The position numbers were made by a program, and so were the translations under genes. DNA of 63,805 nucleotides, the filler included, from Klebsormidium nitens (Eukaryota > Plantae > Klebsormidiophyceae): assembly GCA_000708835.1 (NCBI GenBank). It is 10 parts of 10 records of this genome, joined end to end, with 100 filler letters (N's around TTAATTAATTAA, not from the genome) between each part and the next. Parts side by side here need not be neighbours in the genome. Positions count along the whole stretch, not along the records: positions 25,159 to 34,194 come from DF238249.1; positions 34,295 to 41,997 come from DF238282.1; positions 42,098 to 50,225 come from DF238258.1; 7 more parts are not named here. One strand, written 5' to 3'. This document shows, one piece after another, positions 34,116-45,200 of this stretch. The notes beneath the pieces were generated by a model. That model was not told where the DNA came from, made no database searches, and worked only from the letters and a program-made list of their open reading frames with translations. How positions within the stretch are numbered: the stretch's first letter is position 1; each line of letters starts with the position of its first letter.

Positions 34116-35829
34116 CGATCGCAGACGTCAGCACAAATCAACTTACAATTCTTCAACATGGTCACGTACAAAATCCAATGCAAAAACGCATAACNNNNNN
34201 NNNNNNNNNNNNNNNNNNNNNNNNNNNNNNNNNNNNNNTTAATTAATTAANNNNNNNNNNNNNNNNNNNNNNNNNNNNNNNNNNNNNNNNNNNNAAAAAA
34301 AAAACAAATCATGCGAAGTGTGCGAAAGAGGCACTAGAAAATCGGCCTAGATATAGTACAAAACACCCGTACGCCTGGGTGCATACCGCCCGGGCAGGTC
34401 TTGACTGCGGTGTTGGAGGTGCAGTACACCGGGTTTGCATTCGCAAGTATCTGATCGTACGGCCAGCACTTTCGAATCGAACGATCTGTGTCCTTTCAGA
34501 ATTTCGAATTCAAAAACGGTTGAACTGGGGCCAATACCTTTTGCTATTACTGTAGGCTAAGCTTCAATTTGAATGTAGCGCAGAAAGTTGAAGAGCTGGC
34601 AACTGCTCAGGGAGCTCAGCAAGAGGTACAAAGTATGGACGTCATTATTCCTTAGGTGCCTAGGAACCCAACTGAGCTGCAAAAAACGCCGTCAGGGGCT
34701 GAGAAGACACGGGAAATACGGCCTGGCTAGGGGTCTCTGAGCTGGGGAGTTTCTCGGCGTACTGCAGGTTCAGACACTGGAACGTAGGGTCCTCTGTCTC
34801 ATATAGGTACATAGGAGTTTAAAGCTGCATGAAAGTGCTCCCCCTAAATCTTGCACCCTTTTTGGAAGCATCACAGTATGGAATATCTGGCAAGTCAGCC
34901 TCCACGTGGACTTGGAGCAACAACAGTTCCACTTGTGAGGAGGGGCTCATTGCTGAAAGCAGAAACACATGCTTCTCCATCAAGATTGAATCGAGCAGAT
35001 GGACAGGCCAGGAGTTGCTCAGAGCCCACAATCCATGGATGTTCGCCCCAGCTTGGTCAAGAGACCCACCGCTGTACAGTTGGAACTGAGGGGCAGTTTG
35101 CAAAACCTGCATGTTCCCTGCTGGACCTCAAGGACCTCTTACCCACAGGACATGGGAAAGGTGAACCCAACAGACCTGTCATTTCTCATCATTCTACTGT
35201 AAAGCTGCCAGTCTCCTGTGCTTTAGTGCTCTTGCAATCTCATACTCATATCATCGTCACAGCCTAGTATTGGAGGAGACAATAAGCTGCATCTTCGGGA
35301 TTTGAAGCCGCTTAAAACGTTTCTGTCAATCAAAACGATGTGTATTTAATGCCATTCTGTAATCAGTCAGGTCCCTTGATCTGATCTAGAAAGAGAACAT
35401 GCTGATAACCGTACTGTATGGCGTCGGCTGCCGCAAAAGGCAACCAACAAATTAAAACCCCAGCACTGTGAACTTGTCATCCCCTGCAATCACCTTTCAA
35501 CCGCGAGGCTGCTCTCTGCTCTCACGGCTCTACCTCCTGGGAATGGGCAAGCTTGACCTCAAGTGTCTAGGAAATTGGGCAAAACAAGATTCAGCGATCG
35601 GGCAGGCCCGCAGATGTATGCTGTGATAGGCATGTCGGAAGCGAAACATGGCTTTGTTTTTGCTCGACGAGGAGGACAAGAGAGCCGTATAAACTAAGGC
35701 ATGCTAGCAGTGACTCAAAAAGCTGTTGACAGTCAGTAATAATTATTCGTCTCCGTGAACTTGCACGGGGCTGATTTCAGCAGCTGTTGCCTAATCTGAC
35801 ACGTTACTTATGTCATCCACATGCAGATT

Positions 35830-36743
35830 TCCTAGGCGTTCAGTGTGACAGTTGCGAGCTTGCAGCAGTTTGCGGGCGCCGCGGCGGCAAGAAGGGGGGG
35901 ACTATCGAATGGTGCTGCAAGGCACACCAGGATCAACTGCCCGCCAGAGCACTGAGTGCGGCGTCCGTTGGATACTTCTCTGTCCACAAGAGCTGGGAAG
36001 GTAATGACACTTATCATTCTTCTTGGCTGCCCTTGCTATGTAGTGTTGACCTGATCCAACTTTTCGGTAGCTTGACCTGAAAGGCTTCCGGTGCCTTCTC
36101 CTTCTCTTCTCTCATAGCTAAACCTTTGGGGCTTCTTATTCTGCTCGGTCATCTGGTCATCAGTACTACCTTCATCTGTATTCTAAGAAGGCAAAAAGGC
36201 CTTTTGTCAAAGAGCAACAGTCACGTGTGAACGACAGAAAATTCTTGGTATGTACAGTAAAACTGGAATGGGTTGTCCTTCCTGAAGTCAACATTTTGTA
36301 ACCTGCCAGGTCCTCTGAACCTTCATTCGAGGTCCACCTTCTTGTGAGCTGCCATGATGTCACGAATTCAAAGATTTCGTAGCCCCTTAAAGCTCTGAGC
36401 TATCGACAAATTTTTGACATGGATTGAACACCGTACAGACTGGCTCAGGCGCCGGGAACAGCGAAGGTGTCAACTGAAGGAGGCGCTCGAAGCGACGGAC
36501 CAAGAAGAAGAGAAGCACCTTCAAGAGGCTCAAGAGCTGTATGCGCTTCTTATAAAAGACGCGCTGGCGCCAGCTCGGAGCATTCTTTGTGAGCACCCCA
36601 GGACGTTTGAGTATGATACCTGTCCGTTTAATATGGACTGTAGCCTTTACTTTCTGTGGGGTTGCTCAAATGGTTCGTACGGTCTTGTGATGAAAAGCAT
36701 TCCAGTCATGCAAGTGCGGCAAGCCGCAAAAGATTCAGAATGA
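35830..36743 (+). pseudogene. Exon-like segments of an unknown gene (Cys/His motif plus coiled-coil)
   Basis: CDSC...RRGGKKGGTIEWCCKAH (about 35836-35925) and WIEHRTDWLRRREQRRCQLKEALE (36420-36500), with splice-like flanks. The model is unresolved. Confidence 0.35.
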
Positions 36744-38583
36744 GTTTTGAAACTCGCAGTCTCAATACTGGCGGTTCTTAGACAGATAAAGAGGGCCATT
36801 GAAACCGGGTAAAATGGCAACTGGTGACGCTCGTATCTCTGTTGCAGGCTGGGCTGGTTGTGCACCCTTGCGGGAGTGCTTTGGCGACGATCAGATTTGC
36901 CATGGCCAGTCCATGGCTGGAATTCAAATCAGCATCAAGCAAGTTTTGAGCAGAGCGCTCATCGGTGAGCTCGACAGACCCTTGACCGTAAGAATGTGGG
37001 CTCTGACTTTCGTAGTAAGTCATTGGGCCCCATCCCATTCAATGGAGTACTTGATTGTTTGGAAGCGCCTGAAGTCCATGAAAAGATGTCCTTATGGGTT
37101 GGGATGCAATGAAAAGTGATTGACTGATCTTCTGCCTGCCACACGGTCGCTTTGCTTACGTCAGGCTTTTGGGAAAAGCGGCACTCCACATCCATAGATT
37201 AGTGAGAATTCAATTTTTTAACGAGAATTTAAACTTACTTGCCAATCGTCGCTAAAACAACTTCGAGTGCTGCTGTGGCAGAAATGCTCCTGCTTCGTGG
37301 GAACGTCGAGGTGAATCCTGGACCAACAGTTACGGAGGACCAGGCGCGAGTTGACGGTGAGCTCTACAGAAATCAATTCTTCTAAGAAAGGGGTGAGAAG
37401 TTTCCAAGACGAAAGTTTGACGGTATTCACGGACAAACTGACGATATTTTCCATCAAGAGAAGAGTAATGCATCTGGTTATGCAGTGTCCCGGTGAAGTG
37501 AAGGTCATCAGTCAGCGGTCAACGGTGAATCCTTGATCCACTGAAATGTATCTCTCACATTTCGAGTTGGATTCGGAGATCTTTAACTTGTTGACTTAAT
37601 ATATTCTCTACAAGACCGCTTTGCCTTGCTTAACCTGGCTGTTTGTCAGCCTAATGGAGCGCTATCTCAGATCACCATAACCTTGTTGGAAGGCCGCCTT
37701 GAAGGATTGCCCCCTTCGACCTCACTGACTTATCGTACCCCACTGACTCTTTTACAGGTTTTGTCGAAGATGACTGCGAGTCCGAGGACGAGCCTCTGAT
37801 TCTCCGTGCTAATGTCGGCGATCCTGTTCGCTCCGGACAATCAGGAGCATTGCCCACTTCGAAGCTTCCCACTTGGCAGGCCGGGGGCGCAAGAAGCAGG
37901 TTCCCGCGAGGTGGGCAGCGTGGCAGGAATAGCTTCTCCGAGTCTCCGCAAAGCGTAGGCCAAGAACAAACAGGTAATCTGGTCCTACTGTTTACGAATC
38001 CGCAGTCGATCGAGCTTTGATCGACGGCTCGCTTCGTCTAAGGCCTGCCACGTCTCACGTCTTTGGCATCCCCTCAAGCTGCGTTCTACGACCTGATTCT
38101 TTTGCAGCTCGATCTGCATTCTTTGTTGGTGATTCCGATTTCTGTTCCGCTCTAGAGCTGCCACCTTTCTAAAGCTCTCTTTTGCGGCAGTCAGCATCTT
38201 TGCTTTTGAAGGAACTGGTCGCCTCCAATCTGCACTCTCAGCAGCTCTGCGGCCGCACAGATTCGCGTTTCTTTTCTGATCTTCTCTTCTTTCAGCCCTT
38301 TGTTTGAAATCTCCCCCTCCTTCCTTCTTCTCCCTTCTTCTCCGTCTGCCGTTTCAGTCTCTTGTGGCAATCTCTCCCTCCCCTTTCAACACTGTTTTCT
38401 GCGTCTCGTATTTTCTGCGTCTCGTGTTTTGAGTTTCTCGAAGGCGTCATGTCCTCGGTTCAACCGATACCCTTTTGTCAATCTGCTGAGATCCGAGTCT
38501 GTTTCAACCACCGTTGACACGACTCTCGCTTCTAAAGACAGGAAGAAGGTTTTCGAACGACACTAAGCCGACCACTGATCTTC

Positions 38584-41450
38584 TTGGAACATGCAGGCAG
38601 TGTGGACAACAAGCCCTCGACTGCCGATCCGATTGGCCACCACCGAACTCCGGCCGAGTGGCCAACTCCACCGGCTGCTGCTACAGCTGCCGCCACGCCT
38701 CTCGGCGAGGTTATGGCACCCCCAGCGCCTCACTCAGCTACCCAAACGGGAGATGCGCAGCGCTCCAATCGAAACCGAGGGGGGCGTGGTAGGGGCAGAG
38801 GATCGGGTCTCCGGAGACAAGCGGGCAGCCGGAAGCAAGGGGCTGGCCGGAAAAGTGGGACGAGTGTCCTTGACGCAGCGCTCGCGAGGCCCTCGGAAGG
38901 GCATGGCATGTCCGAGGGGCGTGCTGACGCGCAGGATGGAGACAATGCGGAAACACAAGGGGTTCCCGGAAGAGAGCAGAATCCGGAGTGCGTCGAAGAG
39001 GAGACGGAGGACCGAGCTCGGGAAAGGCACGTTGCTGACGCCCGTTGGAATGCTGCAATCAAGAAGGACGCCAATCTCAAGCCGAAGAGCAAAAAGGACT
39101 ACATTCGAGGCCTCAAGACTTATAAGGTATTTTGTTCATTAATTTCTGCACATTTGAACTTAGGAATGATGACCCGAGCTTTCTTTTCCTCCTCTTTTGT
39201 CGCCGCGCAAGGCGACAAGCCTGCTTACGTAGGCGTACTTGTGCAAAGAGTCAGGACCAGCGCCTAGTGTAGCCATAATAGGTGACGTTTCTAAAGACTC
39301 GAGCGTTTTATATGAAGCTTCTCGTAAGTTGAGAATCAAAGTGCATTCATCCCCCCAAAGCTTGATCCAGCCAACGAGCTTCTCTGTTTCTGTAGTCCGA
39401 GAACGTCGCCCTTTGCTAGAGATTTGACCTCCAAAGGCAAGTCTTTGGAGGCATACTTTAGGCGTTCATTGAGGCAAACGCTTGCAAATTTCAGGCCTTT
39501 AATTTGCTGGCGCAGCACTTCTGTATCCAACACGGATACGGGCGAGACGATGGGGATTGGGCTCCTGCGAGATCTGCGGCGGTCTTCAAAAAATTGGGCG
39601 GCAATACGCTGCCGCTGTGGGCATCAGGCCCTCGGATCACGGTGGACAGGATCTCCTTGGCTGTTGATCTGGTGGAAAAGCTGAACGATCAGGATGAAAT
39701 GGTGAGTGCCGAGCGTCAGCAAGCGTACTGCTTGAAGTTTTTTTCACATCTGTGGCATAGCTCGGGAGTTTTACGGTTGTCTAATTCCGTTCTGCCAACA
39801 ACGGGTGCGCATGACTCCGCGGGGCTCAAACCTTCTTAGCAAACTAATTCGACAGGTTCTACAGGAAAGGCCGCGTATGTTGCAGCTCCCTGCTGTAAAA
39901 AGAAACTTTTCAGGAGGTTGTGTTCGAGAAAACGTATGCTCTTAGCAGTCTCTTACATCACCGGAAGTGGCAGTGGTATTAAACGTGCAACTGATCCCTC
40001 ACTGCTTTTCGGCAGTCCATTGGCATCGTCCAGAACTTTTGCAAGGCGCTGCAATTCTACGCCATCGTCCAGGACTTCCTCGAGGGTATACATACCTCGA
40101 GCATGGACGTGAGAGCCATCCATTCGATGCAAGAGCTCCTGAAGTGTGCCGCCGGCAACACTGCCAACAAGAAGATCCGGTGAGTGTACCGACTGCACAC
40201 CTTCATTGGAAAGATGAGCTCAAGGAAACGAGCTCGCTTGAGGAACACACCTGCTTTTCGCCGCACCGTTTGAGAAAGCTGGAGGTTTGCAAGTGCAACG
40301 TATATTCAGTTGCCCTCCACGCAACTGAATCGGTAAAAACTCTTCGATACCACTAACTTGAGCCTGACCTCTTTGCTTGTTGAAGCTTCCATCAACCGCG
40401 ACGGGCCGGGAAACGTCCAGGTCTCCGCAGGACGCTTCGATATAGCTAGCGCTTCAAATGGATCCGTTGATCAAACTTGGCCTTCAATGTGCAGGTCATG
40501 TGCAGACCGACAAGAAGGTACTGAATCGGACGGATACACCGAGGAAGAGAAGCTCCGCTTAGCGCAGGCTTGGCTGACGAAGGGGCGCAGGATGATGCCT
40601 GGTGCCCACGGGGACGACGACGGGGAAGACGGTGACGTTCATCAGCACACCACCATGAGATGAGTAGCAAGCGGGCCTTAGCAGCTTCTGCGTGTTTTTC
40701 GCCAGCAACTTCTTGTTCGGGAATCTGGGCACTTTGAGAATAAGATGCACCGAAGTGATTCCACTGCCAAAAAGCGCGGCGCGGCGCGGTGCGGCGCGAT
40801 TATATGTCGGTCCGTTGGAAAGGGCAGCTCTGCCCTAGTTCGCCATTTGCCCAAGCAGAATAAGTAGGAGAAGGCAATCGTGATTGGCGTCATGGGGGCT
40901 GTTGCCTAGAAAGATTTCCTTGACAGCCCCATCAGACTTATGCTTTGCAAATTTCTTGCAGAGGAATGTTTCTGACCTCTCACCAGTTTTGCCTCCGCGG
41001 AGATGATGCGCAGAGTATCGACTTGCCGGATCTGTACTCGAAAACGTACCAGCACGTCGGGCCGGACGTCCCTTTGTACGTGGGCGTCAGCTACTCGGGG
41101 AAGACCAACAAGGTGAGGGCTTATGCGAGCCTTGAAGTGCCCGAGGCCGGAAAATTGTCCTGCTTGCAATCAAGATCCTGAATCGCTAGTTCGTCAATAT
41201 TTTTTGGGGTGAGCAGAGTAACAGAGTGCGTGCCAACAGCTGCGAGAGCGGCCCTGCATAGACATCTCCATCGTGAAAAGAAACACTTCTGCCCAATTTT
41301 TTCAATGCAGAACGGGCGTCTGGAGTACTTCGGTGGCATCCGCCACATGCAGGTCGAACAGTGTGCGGTTGGGGCGGTCGCCATGCAGCTTTTTCAGACG
41401 TTCCATTTGTTGGGTGCCGATGCCCCTGACTTCAGCAGCAGGGAAAGCTG
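38584..41450 (+). CDS. CryptonF-type tyrosine recombinase (NDC10_II-like), intron-containing, 3'-incomplete
   Basis: Exons: ..-39126, 39516-39701, 40016-40179, 40495-?, 40962-41112, 41311-41450. Spliced motifs KSKKDYIRGLKTYK|HFCIQHGY, DRQEGTESDGYTEEE, FLTSHQFCLRGDDAQSIDLPDL, GKTNK|NGRLEYFGGIRH, CAVGAVA, FH...PDFSSRESW. The junction before 40962 and the start codon are unresolved. Confidence 0.85.
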
Positions 41451-41550
41451 GTGGGTACTTCTTCGATCTGATGCACTCGTTCTGCTTCGCCAACTTTGCT
41501 AACTGTCGATTACGAGCAAGGTTTTGTACCTTCAAATAACAGCCGCTTCT

Positions 41551-41988
41551 TGTGATGATACTAGGTTATTCAGTCCCTGGCCTAGTCACATCACGAACTC
41601 TCAGTCCGGAATTACTAGTTAAATTGTAATTCGGCCGTCGAAAAAAGTATCGTTGCGCGCGTTTTTGCGGCCGTAGCCCAGTGGGTTACCGAACTGTTAC
41701 AATGGTATCAGAGGCTGACGTCATGACGATCTCATGACGCTTTCCTTCGACCCAAGGGTCGTGGGCTCGAATCCCTCAGGGCAACTCGGGTGATTACGGC
41801 CTCTCCTTGAATCCTGAGGGGGTTGAGTTGGGGGTAATGTGATGATACTAGGTTATTCAGTCCCTGGCCTAGTCACATCACGAACTCTGAGTCCGGAATT
41901 ACTAGTTAAATAGTAATTCGGCCGTCGAAAAAAATATCGTTGCGCGCGTTTTTGCGGCCGTAGCCCAGTGGGTTACCGAACTGTTACA
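41551..41988 (+). mobile_element. TRIM-like miniature LTR element
   Basis: Two 151-bp LTRs (41551-41701, 41838-41988; TG...CA; 3 differences seen), PBS TGGTATCAGAG, purine-rich PPT before LTR2 and a 136-bp non-coding interior. No TSD. Confidence 0.85.
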
Positions 41989-42097
41989 ATTGGTGCCNNN
42001 NNNNNNNNNNNNNNNNNNNNNNNNNNNNNNNNNNNNNNNNNTTAATTAATTAANNNNNNNNNNNNNNNNNNNNNNNNNNNNNNNNNNNNNNNNNNNN

Positions 42098-42208
42098 TAG
42101 AGTGTAGACCTAAAGATAGACCGTGACTCGGAACACTCCATATACATTGTGTGAACTTGATTGATTGAATATCACTTCCAACAACGTTGTGTTTCAACAG
42201 GTTATGGG
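42098..42208 (+). mobile_element. End of family A Copia LTR plus 9-nt PBS remnant
   Basis: ...GTGTTTCAACA (ends 42199) + GGTTATGGG, joined to antisense Gypsy RT sequence. Confidence 0.75.
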
Positions 42209-45200
42209 GAGGCATGGTTGTGGAAAAAGCCCATGGGGATGAGGACGGTCGAATGAATCCGTACTTGATGCGTTCCTCAATGTGCTCATTCAAGCTCTCC
42301 TTCTCCGATTGTGACAACCAATACTGATGCCGGAAGATGGGCGAATCGTTAGTGACCGGGATCGAGAAAGTCTCCCCCCGGACGGTTGTCATCTTAGACA
42401 TGCTGTGTGAAAACATGTCATGGAATTCGTCCAACAGTTCCTGAAGCTTTCGCTTCCGGTGAGGAGCAAGGTGGTCCCACATGTTCCACTCCGTTTCGCT
42501 CGCGTCCTCCTCAGCGACGAGGGGCGGTGGTTCATTATCGGATTCGAACTCGTCCTCATCATCAATGAGAGGTGGCGGTTCATCATCGGGGTTTGCCACA
42601 TTAGGCGGCTGCTCGCCGTTCTGGGCCGGAGGTAATCCGGTTTTTGGAACTTTCTCCGGAGGCTTCCCTTGGGGCTTCGTGTCAAAAGCTTTTCTCCAAG
42701 AGCGCGTTCAGCGGCTCCACTTTGGGTGCATTCTCCTGCGCGGTGTGCCTATTTTCGCTCATGGGCTGCTTCTCGGTAGCTTTCTCCAAAGGATCATGCA
42801 GAGGCTTGCCGTTCAAGCGGCTAGCTTTCTTCCCATCTTCATCACGAGGCCACTCTTTCAGGGCTGACTCAGACGGCATCTCAAGGTCTTTTCACAAGAA
42901 GCGTTCTCCCGAATTTCACTCGAAGGCCTCGCTTCCGGAGGTTCCCTTGGAGCCGTTTCTTCTGACGACGTTCCTACCTTCCCCCTAGCTCAGGTGAAAT
43001 TCCTGGGGATGTGCTGGGGTTAGAAGGGGTGCGCAGCTTGCGGTGGCGCAGCAGGCCAGCTTGTACGAACGTGGCAACCTGTTCTGGCGTGACAGTGCCG
43101 TCGTCTATCAGGTCACAGCATTCGGACTCGACTGCATCGCCGGGCAACCCGTCAATCAGTGAAAAAGGCTGCATGAAAGCAGTGGATGCTGCCAATCAAA
43201 AAGTGGAGGCTGTGCATGTCCATTGTGCTTTTCAAAACCCGTCGCCGGTCAGCCTCGGAGATGGAGGGACAGACGTGAGTGGTCCCGTCCATAAAGCCCA
43301 TAGCGCGCTTGCGTTCCAGAGCGATGGGTTCTCCCAGGAGCCGTCAGCTTTCTGAATCATGCTCTGCTGTCCGAACTGGTATGCATGAGAGCCGAACAGT
43401 CACGAACGTCGACAAAGCGCGAAGCGACTGACCAGGCACATACACGGAGTGCCGGCCAGGAGCATAATTGTGCTTGGCGTACTGGGCCTTACGGCCTGGC
43501 TCCAAGATGCGCTGTACATATTGGTCAGGATCGAGGTGCTTGAACTTCTTTTCACCATCTCATTCATGAGTTTGGACGGCACCAGATTGGTCCACCAGCG
43601 GCGTAGACGGTGGGTATAGGAACCGGCAGCGACCGCGTCAAACGCGAAGTCGTGACCTAGAACCTTTTCACAACATTGTTGAATTCGTCTCGAACGTCGT
43701 TCTGCGGGTGATCGCTTGCGTCGACGTTTTCGAACTAGTAGGCGCAGGGTCTTCTTGGCCAAATCTCGTTGATGAGATGGACAAGTCGGACGGCCTCCTC
43801 AAAGAGGACGGTCCGTGTATCGCGCAGACCAAGTGAATGATCCGCGGGGCGGGAGAATCCGTGGCAGGGAAATCCCGCTACTACGAGATCGGGCCGTTCA
43901 AGGTCGGCCACGTGTCCTCCGCTGATGTGTCGTACATCCTGAGGCGGCTGCTCGACGTCATTGATGGCGTCAACGCTAAGCAGCTGAGGATAAGGCGTAT
44001 GCAGGACGGCTAGTCGCCTCACAGCAATCTTTCTGATCTTAGCGTCCAATTCGCAGGCATAAACCTTGCGGTTAGTAATTCCTTAGCGTAGCAGTGCTTC
44101 GGTTTTGGCCATGAGGCCCGAGAACAACTCCAGGACCGCCAAGCTCGTTCGGGTGCGACTAGCTTGTTTTTCAGGTCAACCAGATCTTGGCTCAGGGCCG
44201 CAGATGCTGGTATGCGGGGTTCCGAATCTTTGGAGGGGCCCTATCTGGAGTGGCCAGCACCGCATGCTTCGGTGAAGGATCTCGATGAACTCTGGCAAAG
44301 CCTTCGCCTGGAAGGTTGCGATGCGGCTGCGAGCGAACTCGATGTCTTGCGCATTGCGCGAACTCGGAATCCGAGATATCACGATGCCAACGAGGGCTCG
44401 AAGCACCTGGCCGCCTGGATTGGCGTAGTCGACCGGAAACTTGGCGCGCAAGAAGCGCTTGCGGGCCGCATGTTCGTCTCCCTCCAGGTAGTATTTGACG
44501 TGCTTCTTACTGATGCTGGGGTCAAGATCCACGGGCCCAATGATACTTATACCGATTATTGTGTCGGATTATTGTGTCGGCGGCCTGCGGGTTTACAATA
44601 ACCACGTGCGCCATGACAGGGACTTCGTCGGCGGTACCACGGTTTAGCACAAAGCTGACTAGCTCCTTAGTTCGGCCGAATCGCTCGGTCAAGTTACCGG
44701 TAGCGGTGCGGATCATGATGGCAAATTCGGAGCGATCATGTCGGGTGTGATACCCAAAGTTGCAGCGCCTGAGCGACCAGAGATTACGGCCTCGGCTCCG
44801 CTGTCCAACAGTAAGTTCTTCAGCGCGCGTCCATTGATCAACATCGCAGGCTTTAGCCCTGAGCTATCAATGCGCGGCGAGCGGTGGAACCGGGCCGCTT
44901 TGTCGCTGTGATTGCTTCTTGGCAAGTGGCTAAGGAGCGCACTGATGTTTGGGTTCTCTGTATTGTCAAGCTTGGAGAGGTAGCAAGCGTGGCCCGAGGC
45001 TTGCCTTGGCGCGTCGTCGCAGTCTCCTGCTCAAGTGTCAGCGCGGGCTGTGACGCACTTGCTGCGTACACCATGCCCTGGCGCGCGGGTGCATCTGCCG
45101 TCAGCTCAATGAAGCTGGCTGGCAGGGTGTCATCAATGACAGTGTTACGCGCAGGCGGCAGTGTCTCGAGGGACGACAGCACAGCCTGGGCGCGTTGGTC

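Noticed and set aside
37672-38566. Charged ORFs on the minus strand upstream of the Crypton
   Set aside because: Fragmented, low-complexity and without a recognisable domain or consistent splice model.
41745-41790. Complete tRNA gene inside the TRIM
   Set aside because: Only a T-arm-like segment is seen; no convincing acceptor stem, D-arm or anticodon arm.
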